Source: Takakia lepidozioides (lineage: Eukaryota > Plantae > Bryophyta). From it: a DNA stretch of 64,000 nucleotides. Position 1 is the first letter of the stretch; every line of letters starts with the position of its first letter. Where the stretch lies: positions 58,094,001 through 58,158,000 of the forward strand of contig CM060733.1 in NCBI GenBank assembly GCA_030704615.1, given 5' to 3'. The notes below the pieces were generated by a model, which saw nothing but the letters and a program-made list of their open reading frames with translations, was not told the origin of the DNA and made no database searches. Positions 25,214 through 38,098 of the stretch are shown here, piece by piece. Position numbers and translations under genes: made by a program.

Positions 25214-27334
25214 GTTGTGACTCTGCGTCTGCATAAGCCTTTTTTTGGCATTTCGGCTCCCAAATAATGCGTCTCTAGTCTCCACCAAGTTGGCCTACGG
25301 TTCAGTGTTTGTATTTTTCGGTTATTAGTAATATTACTTGTGAACAAGTATAGGTAGTCAGCACTGGAATCAAATTTGTACTTTACTGAGATATGTTTGG
25401 ACTGTTTAATAACCATTTCTTTTTCTTCCTTTTTATTCTTTTTCTTCTTCATTTTTGAGGAAAAGGGGAGGAAGCCCTTGAGAGCTTTATTTATGATTAT
25501 TGAAGGCAAAAAATTAAAACCCTTTGAAGCTCTCACAAAAAACCATGAAGGATAATCCAACAAACAGTGAACTAGGCTCGGAACTGTGGATGCGTACAAG
25601 GACCAAAAGCGGTCCACACAAAGCATCCTGCGCACTGCATTTGTATTGTGTAAGATGGTCTTACTCCCAAAAAAAGGCAGCCCATGTGATGGAGTGACTT
25701 GGGCCGGGTGACATCAAGAAGCATCATGAATAATCAGAATCCTGTAGTTAGGTGGGGAAGGTTTATCTTGGTGCCATATCTTGGTGCCATATCTTGGTGA
25801 ACAGAATCCAGTGCCAATCTCTCTCAGACCTAGATGATGTTTAACATTTTGAAGGCTTCAGTAAAATTAAGTAGATTTACATATTACACTAATTTAATAT
25901 ATTTCATATTCACAAGTTACAAGGCCAAAAAATCTTGCCTTACCTCTTTTCACAGCCCACTTGCCAAAGCGTTAGCATAGACGACTGATGTTCATGTATT
26001 ATCCATGTTATAGCGGCCTAGATGGAACAGTTTACAGCCAATATGGACAAGTAGATGGATATGTTATTATTCTTCTTTGTGTCGCATGAGGCTTGACTCG
26101 TCACTGTGGCGTTGAAAGAGGTTACTTGAGAGAGGCTATTGTTCTCTTCACTATATTTAGGGGTCCTGTTTTGGAACGGTCGCTTGGGGTGTAAGTTTTT
26201 TTTTCCCTTTTCAAAAATTTAACCAGAAATTAAAAACAAAATGCACTTCAGTAGTGGATATAATCGTCTACGTTACCTGCACCTCGATTCTCCACTGCCA
26301 GAAAATATAATAAATCTTATTCCAAGGGGGGAGGGTTGACCACTGCACAGCTGAGTAAGTATGGTCACCCTTACATCCCCAATCTTAGTAAACTAAGTAG
26401 TATGTACAGAAACCTGTAATGACGTAATTAAAGCGATTCTAAAATTATCATTGTTTAATCTATTTCTTTAATTGCCGCATCCAGCACAAGGTTCCATGTT
26501 CCATCCTTCCATGATCCAAGTTGGCAAACGTACAACATAGTGACTAAATAAATATCCAACAGTAGTAGCAAGTGACAAATGACCCAATTTTTTATTTTAT
26601 TTTCCATAAGTACAAAAATTTTAGCGTGACAATAATTTATCGCAACCAAAGACCATTAGTGGGACAAACACCTTGAAGCATAACGCAGCATAAGAACGAG
26701 GGAGACGACGCAACCAAAGTTAGCGTAAGACAAAGGCAGAGGTACTACTATGTAGTTGAGGTCATTCCTTGCAGTATCGAACGTAAAGACCTTCTAGAGC
26801 CATTTTGTTGGCGTCCCCCACCCGGATGCGGCACACGCAAGATTTGGAATAGTTTGCGATTCGCAGGGCTATATTTGTAGTTAACATCACTTCAAGGCTG
26901 ATCGATGCAACTGGCAAGCATCCACCACTAGGTAGCGGTAGCCCCTTTTATAGCTCTATCACAATTCAATGGAACACTTCAACTTGGACAAACAGTTGAC
27001 TCCTTAACTTAACCCTAATTTATTAGCCTTAACTCAGCCTCAACAAATCCAATTTTACTAAAAGCTCATAAACCCAGATACTCCTACTATGTATCATATA
27101 GCCTTATATATCGGGCCCCATTTGACTCCCCAGTTGACCAGGAAGGACGACGGATGGATGAACATGTGGATGAACAGACTCAGATTTATCCCGGCAGTCA
27201 AACGCCGAGATATTTGTGGGGGACCGGTGACAGCTCCGGAGGCGAAATCGAGGGGCGGGGCTGGCGCCATCCGCGCCATTAAAATTTGTCGTAGCCGTGC
27301 ATTATCTTACTGTATACTACTATTAAACTGGGGC

Positions 27335-27695
27335 CAGCCACGTGCCCCGTGCATTAAATAGGTTGACGGAATACTGGGATTATATTCCCCCTGCAACGGG
27401 CGGCCCACAGGCGCCGAGGAACCGGCAGCATCCGGTCTGCATGCAGGCTGGATACGCTCGGGACAGACCCCCTGCAGCTGCGACGGCCACGTGCCAGTCA
27501 GCCCGGGAGCGAAGGGGCATGTGAGCAGTGGCCGGCCACGTGCTGGCCAACACTTTCTGCTGCCTTCTCAATCATCCATCCCTCAACCACCTCTCATCCA
27601 CAGCAACGACATCTGTTCTTCCTGCTTTCTGGGGTCAACTGGAATTACATTGGCTCGCGACTGCTGAAGCAAACTTCGAACCGGCACGTGTCCAG
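27335..27695. promoter_or_regulatory. Cluster of four G-box (CACGTG) motifs in a GC-rich patch ~3 kb upstream of the MYB gene
   Basis: CACGTG at 27339, 27488, 27537 and 27685; three are in a GCCACGTGC context. Confidence 0.4.
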
Positions 27696-28819
27696 ATCTA
27701 CACTGCGAGAGTCGGAAACGGGGCCGGCTAACGGAAGCCGGGTGGGAAACTGCATGCGCCGTCTCGTGGACGAAGTTCATCTGGAGTTGGATGGTTAAAG
27801 CGGGGCTAAACTAGGTGCGGAGATATAGCCATGTGGCTATGAGGACCCGGCAAAACTACCGGGCGGCGATGGCTGTCGCCCCCTTCTAACTGCCGTAAAG
27901 CGCAAAAGGACCCGGTGACTCGCCGGGTCACCTGCCCTTTTTGTTTGATGTGCTTGATTTCTTGTCGTCGCCCTACTGGGGGCCCCCCATTGTCGCCCCA
28001 CGATTTCGCCATGTGTAGCCACTGAATGAAACTCTTTTTCATTGCCTCGTACGTTTTCATCCATCCCCAAACCCCTAATCTATCCACCTTGTTGGTGCAA
28101 GAATTATTTCAGTTGCGAGCGCGGTGAGCGGATGGACAGTTGAGAAATATGAAGAAAGAATTGCGAAAGAATGTGCGGAGAGAGAATCAGTGCGGTCGCA
28201 TGCATACGTCAAAGTGGACATGGTTTTGGTTATTGGCTTCTTGTACCATCTCTCCAGATGATTGTTTCGGACCGGGTTGTCCATTGAGGTCCGTCAACGG
28301 TCCACACTCAGGGTGACTTGCGCTCTATGTTGTGTGACGGATAACAAAAACCTTGTGCTCGTAACTTGAATCCTTGTAGCGGAAATGAACTAGTAACATG
28401 CTGAATTGTTGGGGCCGGTGGTGACCAATCGGCCTTGATACTAGCTGGGTTGGTGCTACACTTGGCCTTACCATTGTCATGTCGGCGCCGCCGGTGACCC
28501 CTGTGATGCTTCAGGACGGATATGCCTATTGTCCTACTGAAATCTGAATGAATGGTGAATACTTATGTCCATCTATTCTAAATTATTAACTATTATGTAT
28601 TCCTAATACAGAATGATAGTTATGAGGACATTTAATATGAAACTACATCACTTTCTGCTTGAGGGAGAAAATAAAACCATCATCGAAAACGACCGGGCGA
28701 TTAGTCGATTACCTAGTTGCTCCTAAAGTCCACACAAAAACCATCGGATAAACCGTTGAATTCGAGAGATGATCGGAACACAACGAACTTATTTGGACTA
28801 TGAACAAAAGCTCATTGCC

Positions 28820-29612
28820 GGTGGCAGCGGATGAGGAGTTCGGATAAGCACCCGTAGTAAGGTGGCAGCGGATGAGAAGTTCGGGTGCTCTTCGGATAAG
28901 CACCCATAGCAAGATACCGTTCCGCACGGTGGAAAATAAATCATTAATCTATGGCCATAATATTATGCAGAGTTCGGATAAGCAGCCGTAGGAAGGTGGC
29001 AGCGGATGAGAAGTTCGGGTGCTCTTCGGATAAGCACCCATAGCAAGATACCGTTCCGCACGGTGGAAAATAAATCATTAATCTATGGCCATAATATTAT
29101 GCAGAGTTCGGATAAGCAGCCGTAGGAAGGTGGCAGCGGATGAGAAGTTCGGGTGCTCTTCGGATAAGCACCCATAGCAAGATACTGTTCCGCACGGTGG
29201 AAAATAAATCATTAATCTATGGCCGTAATATTATGCAGAGTTCGGATAAGCACCTAGTAAGATACCGTTCCGCACAGTGGAAAATAAATCATTAATCTAT
29301 GGCCATAATATTATGCAGAGTTCGGATAAGCAGCCGTAGGAAGGTGGCAGCGGATGAGAAGTTCGGGTGCTCTTCAGAGGCACCCATAGCAAGATACCGT
29401 TCCGAACGGTGGAAAATAAATCATTAATCTATGGCCGTAATATTATGCAGAGTTCGGATAAGCACGTAGTAAGATACCGTTCCGCACGGTGGAAAATAAA
29501 TCATTAATCTATGGCCGTAATATTATGCAGAGTTCGGATAAGCACGTAGTAAGATACCGTTCCGCACGGTGGAAAATAAATCATTAATCTATGGTCTTAA
29601 TATGATGCAGAC
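28820..29612. repeat. Compound tandem array of ~52-bp and ~80-82-bp subunits (periods 134, 80, 132) upstream of the MYB gene
   Basis: Recurring blocks ggtggcagcggatgagaagttcgggtgctctt and aagataccgttccgcacggtggaaaataaatcattaatctatggcc; CGGATAAGCA occurs 10 times. Confidence 0.95.
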
Positions 29613-30646
29613 CAAGAAAAAACAAATAATGTAAATGGGGCCAAAGATGCCCATAAAAGAGTAAAATATTGAGGGGCACACAGCATACCCGCAATCATGG
29701 CCATGTGCCCATGCGCCATCATGCGCTCCTCGCATGCCACTGGTGGAATGACGCGCAACGTGTGGCTGCCCCACATGGCGCCATGGCATGGATGGGGTGG
29801 GGACGGATGGAAGGCGAGGGTGCAGCGTGGATGGATGGAAAGAGAGGAATGGTGGCAACCGTCCGTTTGCTGCCATGGCCTGCTGGAGGCCGCCATCTTG
29901 AGAAAGCACCGGCCTGCGCTCTGTCTGCGTCCCTCGCTCTCCCTCTTCGTGCGGACAAGCCCTTGTCCAAAGCCGTCGTCAGCGCGAATCAATCGGAGGG
30001 GAGCAAGAGCGGTGCAGAGATTATTAAGATTGAGTGGAGGTCTAGCTCGGGCTGTCACGGACACGGATTGCTTGAGGTGCGGGAACGGTTTCTTGTTGTA
30101 GGTGTGTCTCTGTGTGAGTCCGTCTTCTTGCGTTTCATTGGCTTGGTTGCTTTTGAGAACCCTACAACATTCGGTGTGATTAGAGAATCACACTGTTGTC
30201 TCCGCCTTGGCCGATCTTGGAACTTTCTTTTTCCGTCTCGATTTTCTTTGTAGAAGGCGTCTCTGTCAGCCGAGGGTTCTAGTTTCGGTAGCGGGTGAGG
30301 GAGTCGCGGAGTCGCTCGTCTTTCTCTCCAGAGCCGTTGTTATCTCATTGCGGTCTCTTGTGGATTGCGCGTTACGTGGCCTGTATGTGCCGGGTTTTGG
30401 CTGCGTAGTTATCTTTCTCCTTTGGTTTGTCCATCGTCAGCCGCGTTCTCTCGGTTTATGTTGATTTGGATCTCTTGTCGAGCTTTGTAGGTTTATCGAA
30501 CACCGGATCTTTTCAGCAACTAGTTTGTGGAGGATTTTGACGAGTGGAAATCGGGTTACAAGCGGGAAGGCAAACTTTGATATTTGGATAGAAGCACGGT
30601 AACCGTGCTTCTTAGCGGATTCAGACTGGCAGCCCTGGAGACCGAG

Positions 30647-33330
30647 ATGACTCGCAGGTGCTCGCACTGTGGCCACAATGGACACAATTCGAGGACATGT
30701 CCAGATCGAGGGGTGCGGCTGTTTGGTGTTAGGCTGACGGATGGAGTGAGTATGAGTATGAGAAAGAGTATGAGTATGAATAATCTGAGCCACTACGCCA
30801 CGGCCAACAATCCGCCATCGACACCCGAGCACTCAGAATCGGGAGCTGCGCCTGACGGTTACGTCTCGGATGGTCTTGTTCAGACATCAAGCAATGCTCG
30901 AGAAAGAAAGAAAGGTGTGTATTTTGGCTCAACAGCGTGTTTTGTGCTGTACGCATATTTTTGAAGATTGGCCAGGAGTCCCGGGTGCTCGCTGTCGTCA
31001 CAATTTTTGGGAGGTGTCCTCATCAACTGTAGTTTGACATCCGAGATGATTACTAGAGCCGCAGGAGCGACAGACCAATAGTTAACTGCGAGCTGCATGG
31101 AGCTCGACCCCTACTTGTGGAAAGAAATGCGGTTGATTGGAGGACATTGATTGTATCTTGTTCTTTCCAAGAGATGATTTGCAGTCTATATACCTGAGTT
31201 TCCTCATATTTTAAACAGGCTGTCCAAGTGCTTGAACGCCTTAAAAATCTGGTCGGAGTGATGTAATAGCCATCTCCCGCTCATACATGACTAAAGTAGT
31301 AGGATATTCATATGTCGACGGACAGCGTAGATGAACTCAAAGTCTTCCTAGCCTTTGGATTGTAGATCACATGTCTAGGTTTAAACCTCCTGGTCCGGGG
31401 CAAGTCTGGCATTGAACGGCTGATCCGGTAAGGCATTGGTCTGATCCGTATCCGCAGCAGCGGTCAGACATCGGTGCCTTTAGGGAAGCGTTGGTCACTT
31501 GGAAAGTATCAAGTTGGTGAGGATGTCATGCCCTCCTAATAGCTGAGGGATTTAGATTCGGCTATCAGTGTCCTGACTGTTGAGTAAGCTCTCCAAACAC
31601 CCAGACTACAGGCATCTGCACTCAAGAATGATTGGCCAAGAGCCTGTGATGGCCAATACTGACATGTGGTGTTTAATTGTAACCTGAGTTTCTCACGTGA
31701 GGCTGTGGGTGTACTTAGGTTGAAGGCAAAGATGATGAAATGAATGGTTAAGCAAGTTCTGAATAGCAGCAAACACTGTCTGTGCAATGCTATTCTGACA
31801 AGCCAAGGTGATGCTGATGCAGGGGTGCCATGGACCGAGGAGGAACACCGCCTGTTCTTGCTGGGACTTCAGAAGCTTGGGAAAGGTGATTGGAGGGGTA
31901 TCTCAAGAAACTTCGTGCAGACTCGAACACCAACTCAGGTGGCTAGCCATGCGCAGAAGTATTTTATCAGGCAAAGTAATCTGAACAAGAGGAAGAGGCG
32001 GTCAAGTTTGTTTGACATAGTTTCTGAAACGGTATGTTACATGCTTGCCGTCTTTTGAAAGTATTCATGGTGTCCTCCTCACCAAATGGTCTGAAGATTA
32101 TCTACGTCTACTGGCTTGGAGTGCAGTGGATCTGTCTGCCTCTTGATTACTGAAGATGTAGATGTCAACAGTTCATCGTATCTCCTTGTTCTACTAATCG
32201 TAGCATTGGACTGAAAAGCTCTGCAAGGCCATCTGTGACTGACATGAATGAATTATGTTCATGAGTCTGTATTAATGCTCACAGTCTGCTGGTATGCCTG
32301 CAACTTTTAGAGTGGTTTTGCATCGTCTTTTGTCTTCTGAAGTTTCAGATCTTTACCTGAAAGAAATTTGCAGTTGAAGGCAAGTGCAAAGGTAGATGTG
32401 TGGTGCATGAATCTTTGTAGTGACCACTACGACACATGAATATGTATCACAGCAATACCTTCTTCGCCAGTTCACCAATGGTGTTGATTGTCTTTGACGT
32501 GCATATCTTCACAAGACTGAACAGGATATCTGCATGGTAGACTTACCCTTTACACTAGATTCCAGCCCCGAGAAGGATTGGTCAAGTTTCACTTTAGCAG
32601 ATTTTGACATAAATATCTTGCTGGTGTCTTGCAGGGTCCAAGCCCGATGGTGGAAGAGCCCATTTCTAAGGCTCTCCCAGAGATGTCTGCTCCTCTGCAT
32701 CAGCTTAGCTTAGGGCCAAGTCCAATGTATTCGGGGATTTACTATGATCCAGCCGTGCCGCATGGATTTGGAATCCCTACCAGACCGTATGCAATGGCGG
32801 CCCATATGGCAGCTCCAATGAACATGCCTGTCATGTCTGTAGGAAGTGGACCTTCCGAACAGGCAACTGAGGTTGCAGGATTGGGGTACAGTGGGGATGT
32901 CAGCAGATCTGTTCTCCAAAGACCAGTTGCGGTAGCAGCTACTCCCGCTTCTGTTAGTTCGGCAGTGCCTGGAGGGTTGGCAATGAATGCTCCCCTTGGC
33001 ATCACAAACATTTCCGCCTCACACATGCCTTATCCCTTTCCTATGTGGCCAGGTCTCGCACCGCAGGAATACAGCAGGACAATTACCTCATCTTCCCCCA
33101 CAAATCCCAAAGTTGTGAGACCAACGGCTACGGTGCCTACTGTGCCTGTTAAGATAGATGAGACCAGGGAGATGTCACAATTGAGCTTGGGATTGTCTCC
33201 TCCAGAGCCCTCGTCTCTTACTTTGAAACTGTTGGACCAGCCTTCCAGGCACTCTTCGGCATTTCATGTCAACACCTCTTTTGACACAAGCAGTTTGGGC
33301 TCAGGTGGCAATGCAATCAGCGTGGTTTGA
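30647..33330 (+). CDS. CCHC zinc-knuckle / SHAQKYF single-repeat MYB transcription factor (MYBS3/KUA1/MYBH-like), 3 exons, 390 aa
   Basis: Exons 30647-30914, 31823-32031 and 32635-33330 join in phase. Motifs: [23 protein letters not shown] repression motif, [65 protein letters not shown] and C-terminal AISVV. Confidence 0.95.
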
Positions 33331-34499
33331 GGAAAGCCAGGAGATAGATTTTTGGAGGTGAAAACAGATGGGGTCCAATGTGATTGTGGTGTAGATACAA
33401 TGCAGCTGGGTCGATCCCTCCTGGAAAGATTGGGCGTTTCTGGTGTCTGTAGACTAATTTTTATGTACATAGCTACATTCATTGCTGTGCCAGATGCTAG
33501 TCAGTCCCCAGGTTGTAAACTATGAAGGAAAGAGAGTGTGGAGAAATACAGAGCGTAGCGGCTCCCTCCTGGAATAGGCATATGGGTGGTGGAAAGCCTG
33601 CGACGATCCACACTGTCAACTAAAGTTTCCATCGCGGTACATTTTGACTCTTGATAGGCGACAGCAGCCCAAATGTTTGCGATGCATGTCATAAGCAAGC
33701 AGTTGTGCCGTTGTTGGTAGCTTTCCATTGGTATGGGGGCTGGGTGGCCCTGTTATTGATCAAAGCAGTGATTTGAGTGGATTGTCTACTGTTGCCAACT
33801 TACTGTCTTGCAAGTGCGGACATTGTCCTCTTGCCTTTCTTTCTGAATGTCACCTTTGGTTGCTCATACATGTGAACCCTGGACAGGGGTTTAGACCGTG
33901 TCTGGTTTTTGTTATTTGTATCATTAGCCTCCAGTGGGATTCTCTCTCCACTCACCTGGCCTTGACTTCCAGACAAATGGGTTTTTAATGCTCATAGGTG
34001 GCCCAGGGTTCTGAGGATGGGAACAGAATGTGGAGACTTGTTTTTTTAGCTCTTCACCTGATACATGGCAGTTTCCAACCTGGGAACTGCATGAACTCTG
34101 GAAAGTGTTGAATATTTTGGGCCACTGTTGTGCCTGTGCTGTCAAGGAATGCAGATGAGATTGCTTGACGGGTAACTTGCCAGATCCAAGGATGCTTACA
34201 CCCTTCCGTATTTCTTGCAAAGGAACGGAGAAGTCCCTCTACCAGAACCATGGTTCTGTGGAATTGTTGTGGAGACGGACTACAGTGCTGATCTGGTGCC
34301 TGTCTATCACGAGGAAGGGTTGAGCCACAATATATAGCTCAACATAACAGAGTTCTTCAAGGGTGTTCATGGCATAACTGGTTGTCCACATGGTAATGGA
34401 AGACGGCTTTGGGTAAATATGTCTGCAAAATACGTTCACATCTTGAGGTCTGCTACACAATGAGCCAGTCTTGGCAAAACTGACGGGGTTCTAGCATCC

Positions 34500-34980
34500 A
34501 AGAGTACTAGGACAACATGCGTTTTGTCAAGTACTTGGAGTACATCCATGATGCTCCCGAATTTGGCATATACATGTTGAGAAAGGTGTTGTGTGGGAAC
34601 ACTTCAGCCTGAATCCACATTGGATTATGTGAGACTGCACTAGCTCCCCTCTGCTAGGCCTTTCATCTTGATGAACTTATTTAAGAGAGACGCATCTGAA
34701 TTTGCTGAAATGCCTCCTTGGTTCAAAATTTCTATAACCTCTTTGAATTGTTCTGCCACACATAGTGTTCTCACATGCCCAGAAGTGCATCCCTGTCTTG
34801 GTCCTCTGTCAGAAATCAAATATTGGTTATGGTGGAGGTGCTTTATCAACTGTGCTGATACTCTTGCTTCCAGTTGACCATCTGTACCATGCAGGTTTCT
34901 TGTAGCTATCGGTCCACAATGCTGCTTCCGGCCCTCTGGAGTGAATCTGGACCAACACTGCATCCCTACCACCTTCACCT
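34500..34980 (-). pseudogene. PLS-class PPR gene fragment (frameshifted)
   Basis: Across frames it reads ...SLLNKFIKMKGLAEG / VQSHIIQCGF / EVFPHNTFLNMY / AKFGSIMDVLQVLDK, matching the L and S motifs of PLS PPR proteins. Confidence 0.6.
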
Positions 34981-35760
34981 ACCTCTGGGCAGCACCTACA
35001 CGTTGATAAGATACACATATAACAGACATTCACTTGAGTGCCTCGTTTATCCTACTGTTGACTAGGCTTCCAAACCTTCTCCTCACCTCGAGGTGAAGAT
35101 GTGGCCTTAGATATGATCACTGAACACAACTTCAGGTTTGGAATTTTGGGCTTCACATTTTGCAGATCCTGGGCCGACTACATTGAGACACCCTCCATGT
35201 TTTGATTCTGTGATGGCTTACTTTGGATGGAGACTTGTCTGCCATACCCTTGTTATAAGTTCAGAACAAGGTTGACCTTGTTGCAGTCCTCTCCCTATGT
35301 ATACCAAGGGCTCAGGTTTGCTCGAGCCTGTTAAAACATAAAATTGCCCATTAGAGAGAGGGAGAGAGAGAACTCCCATCGTAGCTGACATAACTAGAAG
35401 TCACTTCACCTTATGGCTACCACCTCCTTTCAAGTGTGGGCCGGGCCCTATAAACAAAGTGCGGATGTGCAGCTATGGTTGTTTTCCAGTTTGCATTTGT
35501 TTGTGATAACCGCGGTTAGGGATGTAGTGGCGATGGTATTCATGTTTGAATGTGCAAGTGTGCAAGAGTGAGTTTGAGGTTGGTATGGAGAGAATCAAGG
35601 TTTTCTGTATGTGTGGCGGTGGATAAACAAAATATTTATATTTTATCCGACACACGTTTGCAGTTCATTAAGAAGTGGTCTACGTATATGGAGGCAGTGT
35701 CGAAGAGGTGGACAATTTGCACGACGACAGTGCTAGAATGTGCACGCCTATACTCCAATA

Positions 35761-36458
35761 AGGTAGAAACACCTAAAATGGATCATTTAAGAAATGTGTG
35801 CAATTTTAGGTGTGCAGTGTTGTCATATATATTTTTCTGATGTGGGCACAAAGAAATGAAATTTAATGAAAAAAAGATAAATAATTTCCGAATTATTTTG
35901 TAATATTGGTGAATATTCAATGTGAAATCATGGAATAACCTTGAATGGAGGTAGGCGGTACTATTTTGAACCACAAGTGCACTCTGTTTGGAGCCAAAGT
36001 GCCCAAAAAGTACACGTCCTCGTCCTCTTTCACTTCACTGATTAAACACCATAGTAACATAGACCATGTCAGTCGACTAACATAACCATTTATTGACCTC
36101 AAAGTAACCTCCCACCTTAAAGAAAACTCAGCTCAAGGTCCATATGGAAGAAACTCAATCCAGATCATTGATCAGGGAATGTGATCCCCTCTCCTACATG
36201 TTTGGATTAGTTGTTCTTGTCTCCACTCATTCATGACTTGATACTTCTCTCAAAGTGCGCGGCGGTGTTTATTAACTTGTCCATCAAGTGCTGTCATCAT
36301 GATCATGTATGAGTTAAAAAGGTTCATTGGAGTTCCGTTGTGGCTCACCACATGACTTAACCTGGACCATGTGTGATCAAAGCACCTTTTAAAGATGGCA
36401 TAAGGTATTTTTCTAGGGGTCCGTATTGGGATGTGCTCCATTTTAGGTGTTTCTACCT
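35761..36458. mobile_element. MITE-like element (~700 bp) with perfect terminal inverted repeats, flanked by TA
   Basis: taaggtagaaacacctaaaatgga (35759-35782) is the exact reverse complement of tccattttaggtgtttctacctta (36437-36460). No coding capacity. Confidence 0.7.
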
Positions 36459-36861
36459 TAGTAGCTTGTAGAAGATGACGTATACATGTATTACACTTGC
36501 ATTCACGACAGCCAATCTATATCACGTATATGTAGATATGTTGACCTTAATGAAATCTCCCTTTTTATCAGCAATGTTCCGGTTCTTTGTGTAATAATAG
36601 TGAAGAGCCCACCCTCCAGCATTGTTGTCTTAAGATTATAGGAGCATTTTTTTTTCTTTTTTTTCTTTTTTGTGCATTTAGTTTGTATTGCTTGGTCTTA
36701 TATCTCTCATTTCATATTGTATTTTCAATGAGGTGAATGGCTTGTTGGGTATTTTAAGGGGGGTTGCTGTGGCAAGTAGGATCTATGGGGATAGTTGCGA
36801 TAGGCATAAACATGGGTGAGAACTTTTTTTCTTCTAATAATTCCAAGTAAATTTTTCTACT

Positions 36862-36870
36862 ATATGTATA

Positions 36871-36921
<51 letters not shown>
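36862..36921. repeat. (TA)n microsatellite
   Basis: Direct TA run preceded by tatg units. Confidence 0.95.
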
Positions 36922-36924
<3 letters not shown>

Positions 36925-38098
36925 TTTCATAATAGAGAGATGATGCTGCCACATCAACAACGGTGACAGACCCTATTGATGCAACAGTACCCTATCATTG
37001 TGACCAGCTTATGACTTGTATTTCTGTTTTCAAACATAATAGTACCCTTATAATTGTGGATTGTGCTAGATAGAGGCCATCCCCCCTAAAAGGAGGCAAG
37101 GGGAAGACGCTCTTATTTGAATTAACTCCTTTATATATATAGGAGACAAAGCCAGGCTGTTTGTCAAATTAAGAAAGGATGGGGAAAACATAACCTCGAC
37201 AAGGCTGTAAGGTAAACCAATGGGGACGTCCCAAAGAGACGCACAATGGGCAACTCAGAGCAGCAGCAGGTTCGGAGTGAAAACAGACACGCTACTTCAG
37301 AGGCTGCAGACCTTCACGGTCTTTTACAGAGTCAAACTGGCGATAATTTCAAGAGCATAATGAGCAGTTGTGCAGCATCTAATTGGCTGGACATCGTAAT
37401 GGGCTGTACAAAATCAAGCCTACGATTATGCCAAAGGATATTGCACCAACGTTGCATATTTTGCTTCTTAGTTTGCCTCTAAAACGGCAGAATCTGCCTC
37501 AAAAATCCTTACTATATACCTATATATGAATATATTTATTAAACTTAAAACCCGTGCCCAACTCGCTTCAGTGCCCCTCAGTAGCTGGTGTGAGCGGGTT
37601 TTGGATGCACTAGGTGGTTCGGGTCAGTGTTCGTTTTTTAAATGAACCACGGGTCCGGGTATTTGGTGCCGTTGCGGGTTTAGGTTCCGGTTACCCGGAT
37701 CTTAACCCCCAAGTACGCGGGGTCACGACCCGTACGTACCTGCACAACATTGGAAGAAACGTGAAATAGAATGAATGAAAAATTGGCTAAATCAAATAGA
37801 ACACTCATCTAAGGTGCATTGAGAAAATAGGCGTGGCATGGGGAACAGCTTTGGAAGGGGTTGGTATCACGTGAGCCGGAAAAAAAAAGCCCGCGTGAGC
37901 ATGAGCACAACCCCTATACCTATAACTCCCACAAAAGAGCCATTATCTCAGACAGCCTTAGTTTTGCAGCCATTGATGGTGCCTTCTTAGGTAGAATCGG
38001 CAGCAGCTTGCCCATACATAAAACAAGCAGCTAGACACGTAATGGCTCCACCCTCCAATATAGAACATATAAGACAACACTAATGTAAATGATAATTT

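Noticed and set aside
28820-29612. CRISPR-like appearance of the regularly spaced repeat
   Set aside because: The intervening sequences are themselves repeated rather than unique spacers, there are no cas genes, and the context is eukaryotic.
29589-30464. Several long overlapping ORFs (up to 194 aa) upstream of the MYB
   Set aside because: GC-rich promoter/5'UTR sequence with no recognisable domain; such ORFs are expected by chance.
37545-37752. hAT-like end rich in ACCCG/CGGGT motifs; similar TACCC-rich end at 63900-64000
   Set aside because: No partner TIR or TSD could be identified inside the window.
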